Below, in pieces: positions 52,019-64,000 of a DNA stretch of 64,000 nt (position 1 is its first letter; the number at the start of each line of letters is the position of its first letter). This DNA comes from Phoronis australis (Eukaryota; Animalia; Phoronida), in assembly GCA_002633005.1 (NCBI GenBank), contig NMRA01000210.1, positions 496,001 to 560,000 of the forward strand. The letters are read 5' to 3'. A program made the translations under genes and the position numbers. Under the pieces are notes generated by a model. It was not told the DNA's origin. It worked only from the letters and a program-made list of their open reading frames with translations, and searched no databases.

Positions 52019-53125
52019 TCGTATTCGCCATAAGGTGCCCGGGGCGCATAGTAAAATTGGTTAAGGGAGGCGCTTATTGAATATTGTAACCCAAGGCGGT
52101 TGAAACCCTGTCTCCAAAACGGGTGAAATCGGAAGTTAGGATTCATCAAATTTACGCTACGTGATGTATCTGTAGCCTATGACAGACTTTCTACAAAACA
52201 ACGGCGCATTGCTATCAAATTTCTTTGTTAAATTACGATCATTTTACAGAAAATTGTACTGAAATCCCAGGGCGAAAATTCGCCGATGCACTACTGCCTC
52301 GCGTTCGTGGACGGGGCAGCTTGAATAAAAATATAGTTTCGGCTCAACAAGTTAGCTGATATCGTCACTTAAGTTTTCCGAATAGCGTCCATAAGATTTT
52401 AAGTTCCTGTGGTGTTGGTATTAAGAACAATATAGGTTCAGATGTGTGCAAAATTGTACCCAGCAACATGAGAAAAATCACGTGACTTTTGTTGTGAAGA
52501 TCGTCTGTGTGTGTGAGTGAGCGAGCGCGTGCGTGTCATCAGCGTTCATTTGCCGGAGTAAACGCAATGTAGGCCTAACGATTTAGGTGTGCATTGTAAC
52601 TAAAGAAATAACACGTCAAGCAGTATCACGAGAATGCATTTTATTTAGCACTTGCTGATCACATCAACTATTAAAACATGCGAGAATTGTCTCGGTAGGG
52701 TCTAAGGCCAAATGACATTGAGTCGCCAGGTGACTGGATGTGTGACAGTCCGAGTTATTTTCCGGGAGATTCTGGGGCGTAGGTGTCCACTATCAGTGGG
52801 TCATTTTATCAGGTATGTTACTTTAAAAACAACAATTATGAACACATTAAACAAGGGATTAATAAAGCAATCCCTCTTAACAATATTGCACAGTTTTTAT
52901 GGCATTAGAAACTTTCTGAAATTAGTGCCAATGTTTATTTCTTGCCGGTATGCTACCAGTATAGTTTTATTGATAGTTCCCGAAGAGCTGCGATGACAAG
53001 TGACAGGTATGTAGCGCGCGCTTCCTGGCCACATGCTTTTAACAACAAGTTTTTTTTATTTGTGAGACAGTTGTCACCTGAATGGGCGCTTTGAGTATGA
53101 TTCACGGTTTTCACGTGTAGACCCT
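52019..53125 (-). mobile_element. More diverged inverted relative of the 4371-5850 element, inside the ERK U12 intron
   Basis: Colinear reverse-complement matches, e.g. cgggtgaaatcggaa.ttaggattcatca, gaaatcccagggcgaaa, cttcctggccac. Confidence 0.75.
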
Positions 53126-53520
53126 ACAAAGTGACAAAAAGTAGGTCAGACCTGACCAGTTCAGTGTACATTTTTGAAACATATATAAATACCTCCAGTG
53201 GAGATGTAAAGGCTATAGACTATGGAAAAGACAGTGTTGGCTACTGATATTGAACTCTAGAAATTTGCGTCGAGTTTGGAATTGGTATTGTGGAGAACAT
53301 TGGAGTGTTGGGCACTTTAGAAGCACCACCCTAATCATTTGCATACAGAGATAATTGTTCACCTCGGTAGTGTCTTTTGGAGTATCAGCTTTGCAACCTA
53401 ACGTAGCAATAGTAAAAATAATTGGCTCTAGAATGGCAGTGAATTTGAAATGGGGTCTTGCTGGGTACAGCAGTAGTGAACAACATTAGAAATAACAGGA
53501 AAATATCTTGTGAACACACA

Positions 53521-53523
<3 letters not shown>

Positions 53524-53552
<29 letters not shown>
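53524..53552. repeat. (GT)n microsatellite
   Basis: About 14 GT units. Confidence 0.95.
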
Positions 53553-53556
<4 letters not shown>

Positions 53557-53784
53557 CAAATATTGCATGCTAATTCCTGCCCTGCCAGGGTTCCAATTAT
53601 AGAGCATTTCAAAACATGCTAGTTGTGGAAGAAAACTGTGAAGAGCTTAGTTGCTGTTATAGTACAGTTGACCTGAGGATTGTGGAATTGAGCTGCATAT
53701 CCTTTAAGCTAGTAAATTTAGTAAATCGTACATCTTGCAACACATTTTGTCAGCTGTTGCCATTCGTCTGCATGTTACAAGTGA

Positions 53785-54018
<234 letters not shown>

Positions 54019-54872
54019 TGAGCTGTGGTAGTTCTGTTAATTCGTACTCCCTAGCGCAGCTTTGCATTTCTTAACATTTTGAGCGTGTAACAATCGGTAC
54101 ACCTGAAAATGCCGACTCTTTGTGTAACTACGAAAAACTTCAGTCACTTAGCGCAGTGCATTTGTACGGCAATGTATAAATTTTTGTACAAATAATTAAT
54201 TGAAGAATTATTTAACCCTTAAGAGTTAATGCATGAAATACAAAATCGATTTCTGGATGTAATTTAATAGAGTAGATACGTAAGAAATTGATCTAATTTT
54301 TCATCTTATTTGACAAACTGGATGTCTGAGAACATTCATCATTTAATGTAGTTAGCGTTAATGACGTGTAACTCTAATGCCAGTGGCATGAATTGTGGTG
54401 GCAATAATAATTGAGTTATTAATGGCCATGTTGATAATTATCATATAGTGGAGCATGAGTCTAGATATGACGGGGCTCGTATTGGCGACCAGGACGTTGC
54501 CAATGCAACCTCAGAGTTGTTAGGTGACCTGGTAAAAATCTCAAGTCGCCACGCATGCATTCGAGCACGTGATCAAAATACAACCGTAAGTAAATGGACT
54601 GTTGTCAGAATCATGCGACGTAAGTTGCAAGGGCCCATTCACGAGTTTTACACATGCACAGGTAACACGTCTCGATTAGCTGCTCCTGCCGTTGGAGGTG
54701 AGCTTGAGCAGGATGTTAGAACCGAGGGGAAAATTTGACGTTATCGAGCACACCGAACTTTCTTAGTTTTCCCTTCGACTGTCTGCCCAATCTCGAGTGC
54801 TTGGCAGACATTTTCTCAGTTCGTCAATTCGATTCCTCAATTCAGGTATCCCGCATTTGGCGCTTCCTTGTT

Positions 54873-55157
54873 TTGACGACCATAGTGTCCATTTGATGAC
54901 CATAGCGTCTATTTGACGACCGTATTGTCCATTTGGCGACCATAGTGTCCATGTGATGACCATAGTGTCCATTTGGCGACCGTAGTGTCCATTTTTTCGA
55001 CCATAGTGTCCATTTGACGACCATAGTGTCCATTTGACGACCATAGTGTCCATTTGGCGACCATAGTGTCCATTTGGTGACCATAGTGTCCATTTGACAA
55101 CCATAGTGTCCATTTGACAACCATAGTGTCTATTTGATGACCATAGAGTCCATTTGA
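54873..55157. repeat. 20-bp minisatellite, about 14 copies
   Basis: GACCATAGTGTCCATTTGAC and variants. Confidence 0.95.
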
Positions 55158-55422
55158 TTCACACGCTTGTGTTAACTTAATGACATGGCTTGGTGTTGGT
55201 TCGTGTGCTAATTTCATTTATTGTTTCACAAATGCTACCACTGTATGCACCCAAGGGCTAAGGTGTTAAGGCACACTACACACTGTCTGCTGCAGGCAAA
55301 TGGCTTACCTTTTGCCTGTTTTTGAGACGGGTATACATTTTGTGCAAATTGCTGATGGCAAACACCATCAATCATACTGTGTAGTTCGTTGTTAGCCGCC
55401 TTAGACTCTGTTCCATTTTCAG

Positions 55423-55627
55423 ATATGCGATTTTGGCCTGGCCCGTGTTGCAGACCCTGTTCAAGATCACACGGGCATCTTGACTGAATACGTGGCCACC
55501 AGGTGGTACCGTGCTCCAGAGATTATGTTGAACTCCAAGGGTTACACAAAAGCGATCGATGTCTGGTCTGTTGGCTGTATACTGGCCGAGATGTTGGGCA
55601 ACAAGCCACTGTTTCCTGGCAAACATT
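55423..55627 (+). CDS. MAPK1: ERK exon 5 (DFG, TEY activation motif, APE)
   Basis: ttcag|ATA..CAT T|gtatccta; 205 nt; [68 protein letters not shown]. Confidence 0.97.
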
Positions 55628-56560
55628 GTATCCTACAAAATTTTCATTGCAAATAAGTTCAGTGCAGTTACTTTGCTAAAGGTCTGTCCGTACTTCCCGT
55701 AATGCTCGTCTTCAACTGTTGTTCTGTGTGTTGTGCTAAGCGAACACAGGACTGAGGTTGTGCATGGCTCAGAATGAAATGATTCTATACTGTTTAATAC
55801 CTCACGAAATGATGTGATATTCAGACAATTTCTTTTAACAATATGTCAGTGTGTTTTGATATTTAAAGGACAACGTTTAACTTTATTTTTATTTCTCCTT
55901 CAGAGGCTCAAACTAAGCACCACTCTTAATTCCTATTTTGTTCATTTTGAGTCGTGTAGTGTTTACATTGTGTGATTGTTGCCATGTTCCTTTGTGAAAA
56001 CTAACAAGATACACAGTGTGAAAAAAGGCACATTTCTCCAACTGAAAATTTCCCTTGTTGATACGATTGTTATCTGTGTTAGTAGGTGGTACCTTTTATG
56101 GATTAGAGAATTGTGGGATATACATTTTCCTTGCCATCTGTTGGCTGCAAATATAGTTGTATGTTGTCTGATTTCATCGGCTGATTACATTCTGCTTGCC
56201 CAGCCAGTGTCTAACAATCCAGTGCAGATATTCCTCAAATCTCTTACAGTAACATCAGTCCAGAAAGCTCAGGTTCACACAGGGACAATGTTATGCAAAG
56301 TCTAGGAATTCTACATCGAGCTGGTGTCAAAAGTCAATAAATGTCCCCAGCTTGTACTGAGCGCAAACCCCATCACCCATTAGTTCAAAGTGGTGGAACC
56401 TATTTGTCAAGTTTGTCACAGGGAGCCATAGTGTTTACTGTGACTTGTCAAAAATCTATTAGTCTATGCTGTGTCTTAAATCAGAACTAACAAGTGTGTG
56501 TCAGAGGACTGTACGAGGTATTCTTGAAGAGCAGAAAACTTTCCTTGACAGAGACGTAAG
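55628..56560 (+). other. Second U12-type GT-AG intron
   Basis: 5' site GTATCCTA; branch TTCCTTGAC at 56541-56549, 11 nt before an AAG acceptor; purine-rich with no polypyrimidine tract; join restores TAT (Tyr) of GKHYLDQL. Confidence 0.85.
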
Positions 56561-56640
56561 ATTTGGACCAATTAAATCTTATACTAAACATGCTGGGGTC
56601 TCCCACTGGTGATGACATGGAATGTATCGTCAACGAAAAG
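56561..56640 (+). CDS. MAPK1: ERK exon 6
   Basis: aag|AT TTG..AAG|gtaggc; 80 nt; (Y)LDQLNLILNMLGSPTGDDMECIVNEK. Confidence 0.92.
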
Positions 56641-56975
56641 GTAGGCTCCTTCACCATCTTGACACCTGTTTCACTGTTTGCAGCTTTCGGCAAGCTTTAC
56701 TTTATCTTGGTTGTCCTTTGAAGTTCAACCTGCTCGTTTGTTTTTATGCACCCACATATTCCTATGATGTGGTCATCTCCTTCCTGTCTTCCTGTGTCCT
56801 TCCTGTCTCGTATGTCCATCCAATGTTTGCTGCTGGATATTTTTGATATTTGACGTTTGCATTCATATCAACACGATGATGGATGACGTCAACTTTAGGA
56901 CTAAGTCCACTTGTGCATGTGCCACCTTGTAGCAATTATATATATATTACTTGCGATTGTTTTGATATCCTTTAA

Positions 56976-59766
56976 AGCCCCCATATAATGGCCAAATGAC
57001 TTTTGAACATGTTAGATATATGTATCATTGATTGACACAAACATATCATCCCTACCTTTACTCCTGACATTAACTAATTTCACCAATTGTAATCATACGA
57101 CCACATTAAGAAACCTGTTTAGCACCGAAAAAACTTTTGGTGGCGCTCGTTCTAATCGACGTAAGTGACATCGTTGTGACCCAAGAAGTACCGCACAGTT
57201 GGTTGCCACAGGAAACTTACCTTAGGGTGACGGGTTCATATTTCAAATCACAGATTTTTAAAATTATGTCTGTCAGAGACAACAAAGTTTATATACTATA
57301 CAACACTTATCTCGACACTTCCACGTGCATGTAATATCCTACAAGCCACTGTGCCTCGATAGTCTATCGTCGCCGAAGTCAGTAGCGCGTTCTCGGTGGG
57401 GACCACTTACTCAGTCTAACATCAAACGCTTATTCACAAAGACGCCAGGGTCTAATGAACCAAGGGTCCCTGCGTGTATTGGGGGTCAGTTTGGCAATGA
57501 ATGGAGATTCGTCCGTCCCACGGCGACATCCTGGCGGAATGCGTGCACCAGAGAACTAATCTGTTCATAGTCGATCCGTGATAATTGCAGGATTGTGTCG
57601 GGGCGTAAGGCGGCGTTACGCATCTTACGAAATGAAGGGCTCACGCGCAGCATGATAAAAAAGAATGATACGAGATTTTTCGCACTTGGGTCAGAAAAGC
57701 ATAATACTATGTCATGGATGGACGTTACAGCGGAAGAGTTCAATGAAATGTACGGCGAAATGGAAGATTAATGAAATGTAGAAACGTTTGGATGGATTAG
57801 CTCCGTATATGTCCAAACCAGAGGAATCCGAGTAAAGTGAAACAGAAGGGAAAAACCGGCCAATTGTTACGGAACATGCTACGGACCGTCTTGTAGGTGA
57901 TGCTTGTTGGTGAGTAAAATGTATTATCAATCCACGAAATTGATAATACGGTAGAATTCAAATTAATCCGACATTATTTCTTGCGGTCGAAAATTCAGGA
58001 AATTAAGTAGCAAAATTTTCCCGTGAAATTCCAAATACATTTAGTTATTTCCACCAGGTTTCATTTTTGGTTTCACAATGATTTCTATGAAGAAAAATAT
58101 AAATTTATAAGCATACGCTGCGACATCGGCTCATTCAAACTTTAAGTTGAAATTGTGTCGGAAGTCACCCGTGTTTAACTTGCCACCTGAATAGTATGCA
58201 TTGGATTAGTTTCTAACACAACAGCATAGGTCAATTGGTCATTTGCATTTCAAATGTCTGAGATCAACACAAACAGCAGGCCGTCAGGAAGGTCTAAGCT
58301 GTTCAGGTGCGGGCAAAATATCAAACAAAAAAAAACGACAAAACAAACACGACGACTATGTCGCCACCTTGATACGACGAAATTCGTCATTTTTATCACT
58401 ATTATTCTTCATTTGAAGACGAAGGCAATTTACACAAGGCGCACGAAACTTAGCCCGTAGCCGACACAGTTAGCTGAACGCCGATTACTGAGACCTGCAG
58501 GAAAGTCTAAATGATTGAGGTGGGAACAAAATATCATTGAATAAAAAGGACAGACAAAGTTAGCGCTACGAATAGGTTGTCATATTTAAACTATCGTGAA
58601 AGACCAATTGCACAAGGCATTTTATACTTTGAAGTCGGGGAAATACACCGTCCCCATCATACCACAACCCATCGACATGCCGACTGCACACTTTTTCCAG
58701 TGCGTGCCTCCAAAATGTACCCAAAGCCGTACTGCCCAACGTTCACATGCAGAGTTTGTAAGAACACCCTTTCGCGATGTTGAGTTCAAAGAATGTGTCA
58801 CAAGGCTAAAGTTGAATCAGCGCTATCTAACGGTCACATGCAATCGAGTATATGCAACACCCAAGCACTTAATCGAGCCAAGCCGGTGCAAAATTTTGAT
58901 TAGAACTGCCGCCGTTCTCTTTTGATGTGCAACTTGGGAGGTGTGCACATCTGAGTTCCGACATTGGCTGCAACATGTGAGTGACAGATGACAAGGGCTT
59001 GAGAATTTTTAGCCAACTAATGATTACTCTAATGCAAGACAAGTTGCGACCGTCGTTTGGCAAGTAACAGCCAAGGGTTGTCATCTTCACGTATGCTTTT
59101 TTGCGATAAAAATGAGACGTACATTCACACACTCCATTCGACGTTTCTGAGTCACGATCGTATGAAATGGTATCGACCAGTGCCGCGGTGATTTACTGTC
59201 GGGGATATTGTTTGTGGATAATCAAGACATCTTACCTGAAAACAAATATTTTTCCACCACAGAATTTGGTAAGTTTGGCGTTGTCAGATTTAGTATGAAA
59301 CGTGGCTGTTGTATGGCATTTTACGTGGGTGCAAATACTTAGAAACTTGGTTCATCGTGGGTCGTGATTGAATTGATAGCGCCCTCTCGAAGATCTACGC
59401 CGCTGTTCGGTTCGAAGGGTGCTTTACCTGACACGATTGTTTTGCTTAGTAATTGCATTACCAATCGACGTTGATGCCTAACGTCGGCAATGTTTCTATT
59501 TGGTGAAGTTCCTTGAGCCGATCAGATGCTTAGGTTGTGGTTAGTGCGGTAATGTGTAGCTCACAGCTATGATGTCAATAGACCAGTCTACTGTAACTCC
59601 TCCAGAGGATTAAAGGGGTTTCCGATGGGGGCACATAATATTAGGGGCATAAAATGTGTAACAATTAGTTAATGGTTGTGTGGAATAAAACGAAACAAAG
59701 ATATGTTGCACAAAAGTACATGTATTTAACATATCTAAAAGGCAGTTGGCTCATTTTAGCCTGTCT
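56976..59766. mobile_element. Kolobok-like DNA transposon relic (~2.8 kb)
   Basis: TTAA|AG...CT|TTAA with imperfect TIRs (gccaa.tg.ctttt....atgtta.ata.atgta...cattaactaatt at both ends); decayed coding traces inside. Confidence 0.6.
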
Positions 59767-61607
59767 TTAAGAGGATTTCCTCTTTTTTGGTTTCACTTTC
59801 CTCTTACTTGATTTCCAGTTTCTCTTTTTCATCTCTTTTTTGTAATTATTTTGACTTTATTCATGCAAAAAAACGTTTCTTGCAGTTAAATTTTACAACA
59901 AAATATATTTCTATCTTATAAGGCTATTTGTTGAACGATATTTCACGTGGAAAATTTTCCTCTTTTTTGTCATGGGTCATTCCAAGCCCTATGATATATA
60001 CCAGTTCCTTGAGTGGAACTTAACAAAACTTTGCAAATATATTGTATATTAAGGAGGGGACATCAATTTCTCATTTTCACACAGCTGTGATATTTTGTGA
60101 CCCCTTATGGCATTTATGTGTTATAACATTTGTTTTGGTGTAGTGTGTCTCTATCTCGGACTGTTTGAAGGACCATGAAATTTTGAAGATATGTTCCAAT
60201 TGAGAAATTAAAGCATGCTTGATTTTAATTTTCGAAGACTGCTGTACCCTCTAGGGGCAGGTGCACTTCTTGTGCCTGACTCAGTATTTACCAAGTTCAG
60301 TAATGTACGATCATCATTTATGGCAAATTTGTTCCTGCCAATGAAAGCAGGCTTTACATTAATTTTTTATGACTACTGCTGTGTCCTTGATCAATGTTCG
60401 TGCAAATTCGTTTCTATCATGAACAGGACAACATCCGTTCGTTTCTGGACAGATCTGACCTGTACTGTGCTCCGTAGTGGCCTGTTTGATCTCCATTTTT
60501 GATGTCTACTGTAGTTTGAGAATGAAACTACCTTTGTCAGCTGAGCTTTAATAAACCTGCTATTGGATTGTCTTCCGGAGTCCCGTAGCCACTTGCGTAT
60601 GTCTTTTTTTAATCTAAAAGAAATTGAAACACACTGTATAATTCTCAAGTAAGGTAATTTATGGAGAATTTTTGATAACATATGGAAGTGGCTGTATTGT
60701 TCCAAGAAACTTAACTCTAGTTTTGCACATTAAAAGATATGGACCACGCAGGGCTTTATCCAGGATTTTGAAAATGGGGTATCCAAAATAGGGTTCCTAA
60801 TATTCCAGAGCGTCCATGATTCCAACGACGGGTTACCCCTACCCTCCACCACCATTCACCAGTAACCCCCCCTCCCTCACACACACACTGAAGTTTTTTA
60901 CAAAATTGCGTAGAGCAAGGCTTTTACATCTTAGTTTACAAAAGCAGCTCTCTTGTAGTGAGCTTTTTACTAAAAAGACTGTAGATCAAGTCTTTTATGC
61001 CTAAATTTACAAAAACAGCCAATTTAAATAGCTTAACAAACAAGTATTACAGATATTGGTTGAATGGTGAGTTTACTGTTTTTGGTGATATCAATTCGAA
61101 TTGCTGTTACAAAGTTTATCATATCATCTTAACTAGCTTTATATTCTGTACAACGAGTCATCAAAGCTGCAGATAGCAACACAAGAAATATGCAAGATGA
61201 TGTGTAGTTTATGTTTTGGCAACAGGTGTCACAAATTTGGCAGATGTGTTCATTTTGAGGATTGTGTGGCTTACGTTTTTCGAACCAATTTGATTGCAAT
61301 CACCCTCACCCCTCATATCTTTGCTTTTTTGTGATGCTCATGTTGGGTGCATTTCAAACCTTGTTCTGTTGAGGTTCTTCCAAATGTATCGGTGTTGCTC
61401 TCCATCATGGGAATGTTTTGAAATAAGAGTTTTCCCATAACAGTAACTTTGTCATTTACTGTGCACACAGTGGGCACTTGGTGTTGCTCTTGCTTGCAGT
61501 TTGAAATGATACCGTGCTGAACTTTTTATTTTAATTTTTATCACTTGCTTTCTTTTGTCTGTGATTTAGCTGTTCACTTCATTCTGTTGCCGTCTTGTCC
61601 TTTTCAG

Positions 61608-61686
61608 GCACGAGCCTACATGTCGTCCCTCCATTATCGTGATAAGAAAGACTGGGCCACTATATTTCCTGGTGCCAATGCTCGCG
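61608..61686 (+). CDS. MAPK1: ERK exon 7 (MAPK insert)
   Basis: ttcag|GCA..G|gtgagt; 79 nt; ARAYMSSLHYRDKKDWATIFPGANAR. Confidence 0.9.
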
Positions 61687-63084
61687 GTGAGTTATTAACG
61701 CCTACCATTGAGGAGCAAACACAACAGGGGTGTGTTCCTTGGACACAACAACCGGGAAAAAAAATGAAAGATCACGCACGGCCACGTGAAATCACAACGA
61801 ATGAAAGACAAGTGTGTTATGATTGGGAATTTACTAGCGTACCCTGTGAATATGGCGGCCACTGAAGTGAATGTTCGCTGTGGTTTTAGGGTTTTACGCG
61901 AGCTGTTACAAGAGGACAGCTGATGGCTTTGGGCTCTCTGTTATGCCCTCTTTTAATTTGTTTACCCAGAAAATGTATAGGGTATTCTTTTCAGTCCTTT
62001 TGAATTTGGTTTAGACTGCCATTGCCTGGTGCAGAAGCTGGTTTTGGTGTCTGTAGTAATCAGATTTAATAGTTTTCAAATTCATGGAAACACTTCTTCA
62101 TTCAATACGTAGCACAGGAATTGATATTTACTGTGACAAAAGTTGCCAGACAAACACCTCGTGGTAGAATAGGCCATAAACCTAAAGCTCTATCCAATTT
62201 TATCTCTCAATATTGCACTAGTCCCACTGTCATTCCCAGTTGTCAAATGTATCTATTTTGCCTGATGGCAGAGATCAGAGGGGAAGTTTGAATGAAACTC
62301 TGGCTCGGATTTAACTGATGAAAAACAAGCTTCAGCTTTGTATTACGGGTTATTAAACGGAATTAAAGAGAAATTCTGTACTTTACATTGGTGAGATCAT
62401 TGGCAAAACTTGGGCGCAAAATGAATCATATTTTTTTTGCAGACTTCACTCATTCTTGCAATGACATATTTCAACAAAAAGACTTTCTAAAATGCTGGAA
62501 ACAAGCTCTAAATTTTGCAAAAAATGGGACAGTCCACCCAAAACCCCCAATATAAGGAACCGATTCCTTTGATAGCCTTCTTTTGTTAAGCACACGAGTG
62601 CCCTTTGCGGTCTACCATGATTCTGCCAAATTACACTGCATTTACATGAAACTAGTCTCAAACTTATGTTGATGATTGGCTACTGCATGAATTGAAACCT
62701 CAGAGAATGTTTTTTCTTTGCCTGGTCTGTTGTCAAAGTGATTTGATTTGACCTCCTGACACGGAACCTGTCCATTCCTGTATGCTACTGGAGGTTTCCG
62801 CAGACAAGCCTAGAGTTGATTCTAAATATTTTGTTTTACTGAAACTAAGACAGATTCAAATATATTAGTAGTTTTAGAGTTTAACCATGCAAAGTTCTCT
62901 ACCCTGGGCGTAGTGTCAGGAAATTCTTTGTATATTCCTGCGGGGCAACTCTGGTAAATCAGACTTGAGGTAAATCTTAAGACAAAAGTTTCAGGTAAAC
63001 TTAACATCTCTTAAATTTTATCATAAAATTGAGATTTGCCGGGGCTAAGACACGTTATTACTCCTGAAATGTATTTTTATGTGA

Positions 63085-63225
<141 letters not shown>

Positions 63226-63306
63226 TGAGGGTAATAGGGTAGTGTTTAGCCGAGGTGTTAACTGTACAGTTCATAACTCATTGCTCACCTAGGTTACAGT
63301 GAGAGG

Positions 63307-63543
63307 AGGCAGTGTGGCCTGGTTGATAAGTGCCCGCTTTCTTTACTCGAGGTCGTGGGTTCAAGTCCCACCAGGTCACACTGCTAAACCCTTGAGCCAG
63401 GTTTCTAGCTCCTCAGCTCGGTTTTAACTATATATCAATGAAGCATAAAAATATTTCCAGGTGATCAGTGCAATGGGCCCACATGCGAGGCCTGCGCACG
63501 TCTGATACAACGTGTATCAGACCGCCTGCAATTAAAAAAAAAA
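63307..63543 (+). mobile_element. tRNA-derived SINE with A tail
   Basis: A box TGGCCTGGTTG, B box GGTTCAAGTCC, 3' hairpins and oligo-A; TSD GGTTACAGTGA at 63292-63302 and 63545-63555. Confidence 0.9.
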
Positions 63544-64000
63544 CGGTTACAGTGAAGAGAAATAACGCTCAATAGAAACTACCGTTCTTTCAACTTTTTA
63601 CTTCATAAAAGCTGCTTTGAACTCGTATGTCAAAAGGACCTTTTGATTTAAATCACTTTGCCGTTCTAAACTGGTTTGTTCCTTGCCAGAGTTATAAGTG
63701 GTCTTTGGATGAAGTTGACAATTCAGTGGCGTTTGAGATCAGGTTCAGTGAGTGCTTTTTCTATGGTGTCGTTTTATGTGCTGAGCATAGCCTCGAGGAA
63801 TAATAAGCTACTAGAGTTCATTTGTAGCTCAGAAACCATTTCGCAAGGAACAGTTAGAGACCAGTTTTGTTATGATAGAATGGCAGAAAGCAGGTTCATA
63901 GCAGCTATAAATTTTAGTTCACGTGTCAATTTTTTCGCTTTAAAGTGAATATTTCTGTTTGGCAAGCACAACGTTCATCCGTAGCCATGCGTTTTGCAGC

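Noticed and set aside
54212-54260. piggyBac-like end TTAA|CCCTT
   Set aside because: No convincing matching right end found.
54763-55217. Repetitive proteins (MDTMVVKWTLWSSNGHYGRQ) in three minus-strand frames
   Set aside because: Translation of a 20-bp minisatellite lacking stops; no splice or homology support.
55628-61607. Mutually exclusive duplicate of the 80-nt exon, as in p38alpha/JNK
   Set aside because: By-eye scan found no second U12 branch plus open YLDQL-like exon; the candidate at ~59509 hits a stop immediately.
63307-63380. Functional tRNA gene (also 14239 and 39368)
   Set aside because: A and B boxes are present but there is no complete cloverleaf; the 63307 copy continues into a SINE body with TSD.

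Overview
Eukaryotic (invertebrate, probably lophotrochozoan/spiralian) genomic DNA, intron-rich and full of decayed repeats. It holds two spliced kinase genes, both on the + strand. (1) A GRK2/3-type G protein-coupled receptor kinase: 15 coding exons from 9547 to 29079 (616 codons including the stop; RH domain remainder, kinase domain, PH domain). The N-terminal exons were not found and probably lie upstream of the window. (2) An ERK1/2-type MAP kinase (TEY): 8 coding exons from 38284 to 63213 (322 codons), running off the window end. All exon phases join in frame. The main unusual signals are these. The ERK gene has two minor-spliceosome (U12-type) introns and an exon layout (56/80/79 nt) that matches p38 rather than vertebrate ERK1/2. 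A tRNA-derived SINE has a 3' tail matching the 3' UTR of a LOA/R1-like LINE in the same window. A dispersed Helentron-like repeat carries many CTCF-like motifs and appears polymorphic at one site. There are also pogo-like, hAT-like (5, 6 and 8 bp TSD), Harbinger-like and Kolobok-like elements and several minisatellites. Duplications flanking single Ns (29194, 31674, 35298) are most likely assembly haplotype overlaps. No CRISPR array or intact tRNA/rRNA gene was found. Comparisons with human exon sizes and residue numbers are from recall, not from a search.
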